This document shows, piece after piece, positions 29,457 to 38,082 of a stretch of DNA of 64,000 bases (positions are counted from its first letter, which is position 1; each line of letters starts with the position of its first letter). Both the position numbers and the translations under genes were made by a program. Location: NCBI GenBank assembly GCA_947495325.1, contig CANLYK010000005.1, positions 79,894 through 143,893 on the forward strand. Reading direction: 5' to 3'. This stretch comes from an uncultured Allomuricauda sp. (GTDB taxonomy: Bacteria; Bacteroidota; Bacteroidia; Flavobacteriales; Flavobacteriaceae). The notes beneath the pieces are model-generated. The model was not told where the DNA came from, searched no databases, and saw only the letters and a program-made list of their open reading frames with translations.

Positions 29457-30530
29457 TTAATTGTTCATTCTTTCATAACTACCGTCCTTAAAAATAATTT
29501 GAAACTGTGATGGAAACAATTGCGAGGGAACATAATAATCAGTGGATATGACGTGTGCCCCTGAAGCTTTTGCTTTTTCAAACCTGTTATAGTCCATGGT
29601 CCGGGCTTCTTTGGTACCTGCATCGGCGCGGGTCCTAACCATATAGCCTTTGGTTACCAATTCTTTTATATAATCGAAATCTTTAACAGGGTCGTTAATA
29701 ATTCTAAAAGCAGCTTCTGGGTTGCCTTCCGGGCTGTTTACAAAAAGCATTCGATTTTTTAATGATGGATGGTTTTTAATATAGCGGTCGATTTTTTCCT
29801 TTTTCTCGTCCAAAACAAAAAGGAATCGACCTTGTACTGAATCTAGTTCTGGCCAACCTTTTTCTAAAATGGCATTTTCCAAGCTTGGAAAATCTCCTCG
29901 TACCATATCTGGTGTAATCAATTGCTCTAATGGGAACACACTTTTTATTTCTATATCAATGCTATCAAGAGCGGCAGTTGTGAAGGGTAATGGTTTTTTG
30001 GTTTGCGGAACTTGGCTATCCTTTGCATTTATCAATATTATGATCGGAGTGTGGTTTTGATTCTTATCTGACCATTTTTTTAGCTCTTTCAATCCGTTCT
30101 TAAAAAGTAGTTGGTGGCTTCTAAAGTCAATATCCTGAACATGGAACATTTTTAAACCAGGTTGTTCCAATATTTTCTTTTCATCAAAGGGCAAAGGCAC
30201 CACGCCTCTTTTTTTTACAATTTCTATTCCGCCGGGATTGGCAAATCGTCCACCAAGAGGGTCATGAAAAATATCAAGTTCTAAATTTCTAAGGCCTAAA
30301 TCCAATTGCTCCGTTAGTGAAGGATGTCCATATTGCAATGATTCTGCCGTGCGGGAATCATGTACAAAAAGATATTCCCATAAGGGTTGCTCTATTGGTA
30401 TTTTATAACTGTTATGGCTTCCAATGACCTGAATCTGATTTAAAGCCTCTTTTTGCATTTGGCCCTGACAATTTACCATGACAAGTACACAAAAAGAAAG
30501 TAGCATATTTAGATAATTCTTTTTCATCAC
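29457..30530 (-). CDS. PLC-like phosphodiesterase, resembling the bacterial Ca2+-dependent PI-PLC-like family (PF16670), exported
   Basis: 357 aa with a signal peptide. VIGSHNSYK near the N-terminus is typical of the catalytic His region of PI-PLC X-domain TIM barrels. LELDIFHD follows at the expected spacing. The assignment is from memory and was not searched. Confidence 0.6.
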   Translation of the reverse strand: MMKKNYLNMLLSFCVLVMVNCQGQMQKEALNQIQVIGSHNSYKIPIEQPLWEYLFVHDSRTAESLQYGHPSLTEQLDLGLRNLELDIFHDPLGGRFANPGGIEIVKKRGVVPLPFDEKKILEQPGLKMFHVQDIDFRSHQLLFKNGLKELKKWSDKNQNHTPIIILINAKDSQVPQTKKPLPFTTAALDSIDIEIKSVFPLEQLITPDMVRGDFPSLENAILEKGWPELDSVQGRFLFVLDEKKEKIDRYIKNHPSLKNRMLFVNSPEGNPEAAFRIINDPVKDFDYIKELVTKGYMVRTRADAGTKEARTMDYNRFEKAKASGAHVISTDYYVPSQLFPSQFQIIFKDGSYERMNN

Positions 30531-30558
30531 TTGTAAGCCTTATGTATAAAAATTGATA

Positions 30559-31848
30559 TTATTTTATAAAATCTACATTCGTCAGTTTCACTACAATTGG
30601 ATTGGGCCAGATTTTATCGTTATATAATCTATGAGCTTTACTTATTGATATTTCCAAAGAATTTTCATGTTGCGTAAATGTAGAAATAGGATTGTTTTCG
30701 GGCCAATATTCTACTACTAAATCATTTTGCCCCAATACCGATATAGTAGTCTTCTCTGTAGCTTTCAGGTATTTTATTAAAAAATTCCTGCGGAATCCTT
30801 TAAACCAATCTTTTTGACCGGTAATAAAAACATACACAGCATTTTCTTTTTCATTTTGGGTAAACCATAAATCGCCATCTCTTATTTTGTGGGGTGACGG
30901 GCGAATACTTTTTATGGCTTCATCATTAACAAACATCCAAAGTGCTACTTCCCTTAAACGTTCTTCTTGTTCAATGGGTAATTCACCATTTGGTTTTGGT
31001 CCTACGTTTAAAAGGAAATTACCTCCTTTTGCGCGAATTTCTATTAGTTTATTGATGAGGTCTGTTCCTGGTTTATATGTTTCGTTAGTTGGTTTATATT
31101 GCCACTGTGTGCCCATGGTCATACAGGTTTCCCAAGGCCCTTGCATAGCTGCGTTAGGAATTTTTTGTTCCGGTGTGTTCATTTCACCACGAGTTACAAT
31201 TACATCGGGGTATTTGGAATGCACATATTGCACTATTGGTCCATTTTCAAAAGAATCAAAAAACACTACGTCTATTTTCCCATAATTTGTAAATAACTCA
31301 TCCAGTTGCTTTAAATCATACGCTAAAAGCTCTGGGTTATCAGTTACCTGACTCATATGTCGTTTCCTGGAAATTAAGGTTCCTTGTTCATGAAGAAAAT
31401 GAAAATCTTCAGGGGAAAAATAGATACCCACTTTAATGCCAAATTTCCTTAAAGAATTGAATAACATTGCTGTTATATCTTTTCCATAAGGGGTGTTCAT
31501 TATGTTAAAATCTGTTGTCTTGGTATCCCACATACAAAAGCCATTATGGTGTTTAGTGGTAAAAACAACATATTCTGCTCCAGCTAATTTGAACAATCTG
31601 GCCCATTCGTCTGAATCAAATTTGTTTGGATAGAACGTTTTGGGAAGTTCATTTATATACTTATCCAGATAATCATCTGAAGCTCCTACCATAGAATGGC
31701 TTATAACACTGCCCAACTGGGAATCCATGCTCCAGTGAACAAATATTCCAAAGCCCATATCCATAAAATCTTGTTCGAGCGCTGGTTTGTTTTTAAGCTG
31801 TCCTGTGAGCGTAAAACCTACTAGGCATAAAAGTGGAAAAAGCCGCAT
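30559..31848 (-). CDS. GH29 alpha-L-fucosidase (second copy, divergent from 8422-9864)
   Basis: 429 aa with a signal peptide and motifs FGIFVHWS, YVVFTTKHHNGFCMWDT and GGNFLLNVGP. Confidence 0.88.
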   Translation of the reverse strand: MRLFPLLCLVGFTLTGQLKNKPALEQDFMDMGFGIFVHWSMDSQLGSVISHSMVGASDDYLDKYINELPKTFYPNKFDSDEWARLFKLAGAEYVVFTTKHHNGFCMWDTKTTDFNIMNTPYGKDITAMLFNSLRKFGIKVGIYFSPEDFHFLHEQGTLISRKRHMSQVTDNPELLAYDLKQLDELFTNYGKIDVVFFDSFENGPIVQYVHSKYPDVIVTRGEMNTPEQKIPNAAMQGPWETCMTMGTQWQYKPTNETYKPGTDLINKLIEIRAKGGNFLLNVGPKPNGELPIEQEERLREVALWMFVNDEAIKSIRPSPHKIRDGDLWFTQNEKENAVYVFITGQKDWFKGFRRNFLIKYLKATEKTTISVLGQNDLVVEYWPENNPISTFTQHENSLEISISKAHRLYNDKIWPNPIVVKLTNVDFIK

Positions 31849-31908
31849 AATAATATAAAAGTTGTTTAATCCTTAAGTTTTGACAATCTATTTATTGTCT
31901 GGACAAAA

Positions 31909-34230
31909 TTATTCAATAGGTTTTGAAGCAACCATTTTAAGCTCAAGTGTACCACCTTTAATAAGGTCGTTATGGAATATGTGGTAATCATTCAATTGTT
32001 CACTATTCCATTGAATTTTATCAATGTACATATTCTCGGAACTATTATTTATAGTTTTGATCTCTAGCTTTTCTCCTGGATAATAGTCGTTGTTCAATTG
32101 TATGGTTATTTTATCAAAAATAGGACTACCTATTTCATATTTAGGGTTTTCCATAACTCCACCATTCATTTGAAACATACCTATTTTCATTAATACTGCG
32201 AGACTACCCATAAGTCCTTGGTCTTCATCACCATTATATCCGGTAGAAGGGGATAAACCACTAAAAACGGATTGTACAACTTTACGCGACCAGTATTGTG
32301 AAAGATCAGGTCTGCCTAATTTAGTGAAAATTTGGGCTGTCTGCATGGAAGGCTGATTGCCATAATTAATAGGGATGCGACTATATTCTGGATGTATTTC
32401 ACGATCATGTGAACTGCCTGCTGTAAATTGTTGCCCTTCTGAGTTTTTAAATTGTGTATTCAGTTTTTCGATTGCTTTTTCAGTTCCTCCCATCAAATAA
32501 GCTAAGCCTTTTAGATCATGGGGAACAAACCAAGTGGATTGGGCACCATTGGATTCATTGAACCCATTTTCATAGAGGTAAGGGTCAAAATCCTTTTTCC
32601 AAACACCATCTATGTTTTTAGGACGCATCCAGCCTGTAGAGGAATCATATACATTTTTATAATTCTGGGACCTTTCCATGAAATGGGTATAATCTTCTTC
32701 ATGATCCAATTTTTTTGCAAGTTGGGCCAATACAAAATCCTGATAGGCATATTCCAGGGTAAGGCTGGCACCATCCTGGTGTATTCCAAATTTACCTTCT
32801 GGTATAGGGTAAGGTACATAACCGTTCTTCAAATAGTGAGCAAGGCCACCTCCTAAGTTGGTTTCATGCTCATAGCCTGCTTTTTCCATAATACCACCAA
32901 GCATATGGTTCTTTTTTAAGGCTGAATAAATAGTATCTAGGTTTTCTGTTATCAACCCTTGTTGAATGGCACTTACAATAAAAGGAGTACTTGATGCACC
33001 TGTCATTACATAGGTGTAATTGCCGCCAGAAGGGCCTCTAGGTATAAGGCCGCCATCTTTACCATATTGTAAGAGAGAATAAACAAATTCTTTTTTAATT
33101 TCTGGATATGCCAATCCCCAAAGCGTATTTATGGTCCATTGTGCTCCCCAAAAAGCATCAGAATTATAATGGTTAAAGACAGGGGTGCCATCATCCTTTA
33201 AAGGTAACTGGCCTATTCTAAAGCTTTCTTGGGTATTGTCTGGGTAAGCTCCGTTTATATCACTTATTATACGGCGCCCTTGCAATGCATGCCAAAGGTC
33301 GGTGTAGAACCGTCTCCTATCTTTGTATGTTGCTCCTTCAACAGTAATTCTACTCAACAAATTGTTCCACTCTTCTTTGGATTCGTCTACTACTTTATCA
33401 AAATCCCAATGTGGTAGCTCTGTATCTAGATTGTTCTTTGCATTTTCAATAGAGGTATATGAAATTCCTATCTTCATTAAGAGGGGAATGCTGGATTTCT
33501 CCAAATGTAGCATGTAGTTCCCTGTTTGCTCATCAGAATCGACCTCATTAACAGGGGTATTTAATTCAACATGGAAGAAAATGGTATTGGGCTTTGGTTT
33601 TCGTCTGGTAGGTGCAACTGTGAATTTACCATTCAATTGGGTTGCGTTTATTTGCGTAATAACCCCATCTAACGTATTACAAGGACCCAATTCTCCATTA
33701 AGATTAAAAAGAATAGCATTCTGTGTATTCTCTGGGAAGGTATACTTGTGTATACCAGTACGTTTTGTACTACTGAGCTCTACTTTAGTGTTATAACGAT
33801 TTAACTGTAAAGAATGATATCCTGGAGAAACTTTTTCATCGTCATGACTGAACTTGGAATAAAAATCTGTAAAAATTTTTGCTTTGTTCTTTTTATTTAA
33901 TGTCAAAGGCATTACCGAAAGCCCAGATAATTGCCAACCATGAACATGACTAAATCCTTTTATAGTATCTATCTCATATCTATAACCACTGCCCCAGGTA
34001 CCTGTAAGTTTAGTATCCGGACTTAGATTTACCATTCCAAATGGTCTGCTTGCTGATGTAAATAGAAACCACCTTGAGTTTTCCGTATCCAATTGTGGAT
34101 AGACCATATCTACTGGCGCTATGCTGGATTCCAGATTAGGTTGAGATACTTTATATGCGGGGCTATTACATGCGTTCCACAAGAGTAGTGAAAGTGTGAA
34201 CGATATGATAAGTGCCTTTTTTAAAACCAT
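31909..34230 (-). CDS. Divergent GH92-family glycoside hydrolase (alpha-mannosidase-like), lipoprotein
   Basis: 773 aa with lipobox WNAC. GH92-like landmarks are RPFGMVNLSPDT, GYRY..DTIKGFSHVH, NESNGAQSTWFVPHD, YGNQPSMQ (canonical NEPS) and GDEDQGLMGS (canonical DDxG.MS). Confidence 0.8.
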   Translation of the reverse strand: MVLKKALIISFTLSLLLWNACNSPAYKVSQPNLESSIAPVDMVYPQLDTENSRWFLFTSASRPFGMVNLSPDTKLTGTWGSGYRYEIDTIKGFSHVHGWQLSGLSVMPLTLNKKNKAKIFTDFYSKFSHDDEKVSPGYHSLQLNRYNTKVELSSTKRTGIHKYTFPENTQNAILFNLNGELGPCNTLDGVITQINATQLNGKFTVAPTRRKPKPNTIFFHVELNTPVNEVDSDEQTGNYMLHLEKSSIPLLMKIGISYTSIENAKNNLDTELPHWDFDKVVDESKEEWNNLLSRITVEGATYKDRRRFYTDLWHALQGRRIISDINGAYPDNTQESFRIGQLPLKDDGTPVFNHYNSDAFWGAQWTINTLWGLAYPEIKKEFVYSLLQYGKDGGLIPRGPSGGNYTYVMTGASSTPFIVSAIQQGLITENLDTIYSALKKNHMLGGIMEKAGYEHETNLGGGLAHYLKNGYVPYPIPEGKFGIHQDGASLTLEYAYQDFVLAQLAKKLDHEEDYTHFMERSQNYKNVYDSSTGWMRPKNIDGVWKKDFDPYLYENGFNESNGAQSTWFVPHDLKGLAYLMGGTEKAIEKLNTQFKNSEGQQFTAGSSHDREIHPEYSRIPINYGNQPSMQTAQIFTKLGRPDLSQYWSRKVVQSVFSGLSPSTGYNGDEDQGLMGSLAVLMKIGMFQMNGGVMENPKYEIGSPIFDKITIQLNNDYYPGEKLEIKTINNSSENMYIDKIQWNSEQLNDYHIFHNDLIKGGTLELKMVASKPIE

Positions 34231-34234
34231 TTGC

Positions 34235-36298
34235 TTAAATTTTAGTGATTTGGGTTACATTTCGTTCTACTTGATTCAGCATTTCTTGGGTAGGAAAACC
34301 ATTATTGGGTCTTCTGATAGCAGGGTCGTACCATTTCTCCCATTTTGGGTTTTTGTCGCCTTCCAAACGATTCTGATATATTTTGGCCAAATTCTTTTTT
34401 GCATCCTCAAGAATAACAAGAGCTTCCTTTAAGTAGGTAACATTACTGGAAGTCTCATATTTTCTTTTCAGTAGTGACATTTGGTGAAGGTTACTTTCAA
34501 ATAGCATCAAATCGGAATACAATAATGTGGGTAAATACACATATGAATAATAAAACCCATCTTCTTTTGATAATTTCAATCCTTTTTTTGCCTCGGTCAA
34601 GGCACTGTCTATATGCTTTTTGGTGAAGCGCACATGCTCAAGGTCATTTTCTACCCTTTCAAACTCATAGGGCACAGGCGGTTTTCCGGGTCTTTCTATA
34701 GGTGAATTTGACAGATAGGCTATGGCTTCACGTATTTCCCATAGATGTTGTACATAACCAATTCTACCAGAAGATTGCGCTTTGTTCAATAACTTCATTG
34801 ATTTTACGGCATGTACTGCAGTGTTCTTATCAAAATATCGATGCGACCACTCTTCATAATATTGCTCTGCGGAAAAAGTATCTGGATTTTGGCAAACATC
34901 ACTATAGGCTTCTATATTGAATATAAAAGGTCTAAAGTTTTGACCATTGACCATACAGTATTCATAAGCTCCATAGTCATTGAATATTTTTTTCATTTTG
35001 GCCTCCACTTTTTCCGGATACGGATTGTGGACAGTATGATTTAACCAAAAACCAGCATGCATGTAGGTGCCAAACGTGTAGTCATCTGTAGTTTGTGGCA
35101 AATGTTCAAAATCGCCAAAACCATCATCTGCCCATGCAATGATCCAATCTTTTGGTGGCCTGAAGCCATCATTATACATTTGCATGGCATCAGAGTAACA
35201 AATTAGTGCCTTGGTAGCATCATTTTTATAGGAGTCGACCAAATCATCAAAAACTGTAAACACTTCATTGAATACTTCTATTTTGTCTTCGCCACAGCTA
35301 CTTTTGTATTCCCAATCCCAAACTTGATTTCGAGGTCTTAGAATAAAAATATCTGTTTTTGCTAATGGAGTCTCTTCAAAATAGTAGCGCCAAGCCTTGA
35401 TCCAATCTTCTTTATAATCAGCCCAACAACTTGCTTTCTCTTCATCCATGGGATGTATTTGGTAACCCAAAGAAAAATCGACTTGAATTTTCATACCCTT
35501 GCTATGGGCATAGTCCATCATTTTCTCTAGGTAGGGAATATCAATTTGATAGTCTGGATGAAGCTCTTGGTATTCTGGACGTAGATAAAATTCCGGTCTC
35601 CCCAACATATCGAAAAACTGAATTGCATTGTATCTGAGCTTGACCAAGGAATTGATCATTTCGGTGTAGCTTTCCCAATCATATTCCAATAATTTTCCCC
35701 TGTAGCTGGCCAATTCATCCACATCATTTTCAAAATAACATAAAATGGGTACTTTGGGTGGGGCAATCGTTTTACTTTCAAAGGCAAATAAGTCTATTTC
35801 ATCAATCTTATTAGGTATCTTTCCAGTCCAATATGCCAATGGATCTATACCCAAAACTTCTTCGGCATAATCGTAAACTGCATATTGCATACCTTGAACA
35901 TTGGAGCCAGCCAATATGATAGCATTTTGTCCACTTTCCAAATTGGACTTTGACCAAATGCCTCCTCTTGGACCTGGATTTTCCTTAGATAGACCTAACA
36001 ATCCTTCCTTAACCAGATTGCCAATAACTTGATTTGATTCTGTAGTGCCCAGAACGAAGATTGTACCGTTTTTTGGAAATTGACTACCTTCAGAAATAAC
36101 CAGAATCGTCTTGTCCGTTACTTTTTGAAGATCAACTTTGAAATCGTTTATTGTATTTATTTCGATTTCATTAGCAGTTTTCCCAAGGACCAAATAAACC
36201 TTATTTGATTCGTCATTGGAACATGCTATGTTCAAAAAGAAAAAAAGGACAGCCACTGTAGCATAAATGCTACTGCTTATGGTTTTATGTATCCCCAT
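34235..36298 (-). CDS. GH115-like glycoside hydrolase (alpha-glucuronidase fold) lacking the usual C-terminal beta-sandwich, lipoprotein
   Basis: 687 aa with lipobox NIAC. The N-terminal domain pattern is IFVLGT..SNQVIGNLVKEG...IILAGSNVQGMQYAVYDYAEEVLGIDPLAYW. After it come FENDVDE, LVKLRYNAIQF and IIAWADDGFGDFEHLP, which parallel GH115 segments as I remember them. DUF4838 is an alternative assignment. Confidence 0.5.
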   Translation of the reverse strand: MGIHKTISSSIYATVAVLFFFLNIACSNDESNKVYLVLGKTANEIEINTINDFKVDLQKVTDKTILVISEGSQFPKNGTIFVLGTTESNQVIGNLVKEGLLGLSKENPGPRGGIWSKSNLESGQNAIILAGSNVQGMQYAVYDYAEEVLGIDPLAYWTGKIPNKIDEIDLFAFESKTIAPPKVPILCYFENDVDELASYRGKLLEYDWESYTEMINSLVKLRYNAIQFFDMLGRPEFYLRPEYQELHPDYQIDIPYLEKMMDYAHSKGMKIQVDFSLGYQIHPMDEEKASCWADYKEDWIKAWRYYFEETPLAKTDIFILRPRNQVWDWEYKSSCGEDKIEVFNEVFTVFDDLVDSYKNDATKALICYSDAMQMYNDGFRPPKDWIIAWADDGFGDFEHLPQTTDDYTFGTYMHAGFWLNHTVHNPYPEKVEAKMKKIFNDYGAYEYCMVNGQNFRPFIFNIEAYSDVCQNPDTFSAEQYYEEWSHRYFDKNTAVHAVKSMKLLNKAQSSGRIGYVQHLWEIREAIAYLSNSPIERPGKPPVPYEFERVENDLEHVRFTKKHIDSALTEAKKGLKLSKEDGFYYSYVYLPTLLYSDLMLFESNLHQMSLLKRKYETSSNVTYLKEALVILEDAKKNLAKIYQNRLEGDKNPKWEKWYDPAIRRPNNGFPTQEMLNQVERNVTQITKI

Positions 36299-36346
36299 TA
36301 GTTATAAATGACTTTTCTGATTTCGAAAATGGTTAGACCTCAAATA

Positions 36347-36376
36347 ATATAGGCAGGCAAATGGGCCTGCCTATAT
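36347..36376 (-). terminator. Strong intergenic stem-loop between susD and the downstream hydrolase genes (attenuator or RNA-stabilising hairpin)
   Basis: ATATAGGCAGGC-aaatgg-GCCTGCCTATAT is a perfect 12-bp stem with a 6-nt loop in the 120-nt susD/GH115-like spacer. On the minus strand only a modest U-rich tail (UAUUUGAGG) follows. Confidence 0.5.
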
Positions 36377-36418
36377 TTTGAAATTAACTAAACTAACTCA
36401 AACTACTATTTTTTAAAC

Positions 36419-38068
36419 CTAGTATCCTGGATTTTGTAATAACGAGCCATCTGAAAGTTCTAATTCAGAAGATGGAATTGGTCTTAACAAATGAATACTA
36501 GAGTCGAAAGTACCATGGTCTATAACATGTGGATTGTATAAATTTATACGTTCTTCCAATTTACCGGTGCGTTTTAACACTGCCCAGCGATTAGCTTCAC
36601 CTGCCAATTCTAAAGCCCTTTCGTTAAGTATATCGTCTATGGTAACCGAAGCATATTCATTGGCAACTCCTGTTGCCCGCTCCCTAACAATATTTAAATG
36701 CATTAGGGCAGATGCCGTATTTCCAGCTCCTAAATAAGCCTCGGCAGCCAATAAATGTGTGCCGGCTACCCTAAAGACAAAGGTATCACGTGCCCCATCC
36801 GTAGTCTCATTAAAAATCTCATCATCAAACTTCTTGAAAATAGGGAAATTTGTCCTTTCAGGATTAAGAGAGTACAGGTAATTAACTCCTGGAATATCAT
36901 CTGGTAAACCAAATAGGTACTGATCTGGTTGATATACCCAATAGCGATCTAACCTTTCTGCTAATTCTGCTGCATCCAATGCTACTTTTGGGTAGTAAAC
37001 TACGGTATCTCCTGCTACTATTGGATCGGGTGCCGTAGGCTCATCGCCATCAGCAAGTATAGCCCTATGGATAGTTGCATCTTCCCTAGAATCATTATCT
37101 GCAAATAGCGTATAAAAATAGGGAGTAGGCATCATACTGGCGCTACTAAAACCATAGGGTGTTGTTGTTCTGTTTACCCCAGGGTAATTGGCAACTTGGT
37201 TCATGAAAATAGAATGTTTGGTATTTACCTGGTCAGTAGTTAATCCTCCTGAACCCCACTGTACTGCAAATAATATTTCATCATTAACCTGATTATCATA
37301 ACTAAAGACTTCAGCAAAGGTTTGGCTTCTAATGTCATAAGATCCAATAGCTGCTTCTGCAAGAGTTGCAGCGGTATCAAAATCTGTAGCACTTGCAAAC
37401 GAAGAATAGCCTCTGGTTAAATAAACCTCTGCCAATACATGTTGTGCCGCTCTTTTAGAAAACCGGCCAGTGTCAGGAGCATCCAATAAATCAGGGATTG
37501 CTGCTTCCAAATCTGCAATGATTTGTGCGTAGGTTTCTTCTTCAGTACTTCTAGTATAGTCTGATCGAATAGTAGTAGGTTCATCTAATTCCAATACCAT
37601 ACCACCATATTGTTGCACCATATTGAAAAATGCTAAGCCGCGCAATGCTCTCGCTTGCGCAATACCATACGCTTTTTCACCCAATTTGGAATCGCTCCAG
37701 TTAATCTGGTTTTCGTATCTATTAATGGCAGTATTTGCTTTTGAAACAAGATCATAGTTTCTTATCCAAGCACTGCCTCCGGTCCCAGAAGTAAAACCAA
37801 AATAATCATTCGTGGTAGAAAATGAATTTAATTCACCCTTAATAGTAAACAAATCAGTTCCCAAAAACTTTAAATTGTAATCTTTATAAATATCCCTTAG
37901 GGAGACATAAATTCCAACTACTAATTGATCAGCCGTATTTTCATCAATAAAATTTTCGCTTGTTATATCTGAAAAAATATCTTCTTCAATATAACTATCA
38001 CATGCATTAAAGGTTATCATACCTATTAGTATGAAACCAATGTGTTTGATTTTTCTAGATAGTTTCAT
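36419..38068 (-). CDS. susD: SusD/RagB-family outer-membrane glycan-binding lipoprotein
   Basis: 549 aa with lipobox TFNAC, 14 nt downstream of susC. It has SusD-like helical/TPR content and the C-terminal segment RALELAGEANRWAVLKR. Confidence 0.9.
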   Translation of the reverse strand: MKLSRKIKHIGFILIGMITFNACDSYIEEDIFSDITSENFIDENTADQLVVGIYVSLRDIYKDYNLKFLGTDLFTIKGELNSFSTTNDYFGFTSGTGGSAWIRNYDLVSKANTAINRYENQINWSDSKLGEKAYGIAQARALRGLAFFNMVQQYGGMVLELDEPTTIRSDYTRSTEEETYAQIIADLEAAIPDLLDAPDTGRFSKRAAQHVLAEVYLTRGYSSFASATDFDTAATLAEAAIGSYDIRSQTFAEVFSYDNQVNDEILFAVQWGSGGLTTDQVNTKHSIFMNQVANYPGVNRTTTPYGFSSASMMPTPYFYTLFADNDSREDATIHRAILADGDEPTAPDPIVAGDTVVYYPKVALDAAELAERLDRYWVYQPDQYLFGLPDDIPGVNYLYSLNPERTNFPIFKKFDDEIFNETTDGARDTFVFRVAGTHLLAAEAYLGAGNTASALMHLNIVRERATGVANEYASVTIDDILNERALELAGEANRWAVLKRTGKLEERINLYNPHVIDHGTFDSSIHLLRPIPSSELELSDGSLLQNPGY

Positions 38069-38082
38069 TTTACTCTTTTTTA

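Noticed and set aside
30559-31848. Possibility that the paired paralogues (two GH29, two TRAP systems, two HTCS, two SusC/D) are recent duplications or a repeat structure
   Set aside because: The protein pairs share family motifs but differ throughout in sequence and length. I saw no extended nucleotide identity, so they are old paralogues rather than repeats.
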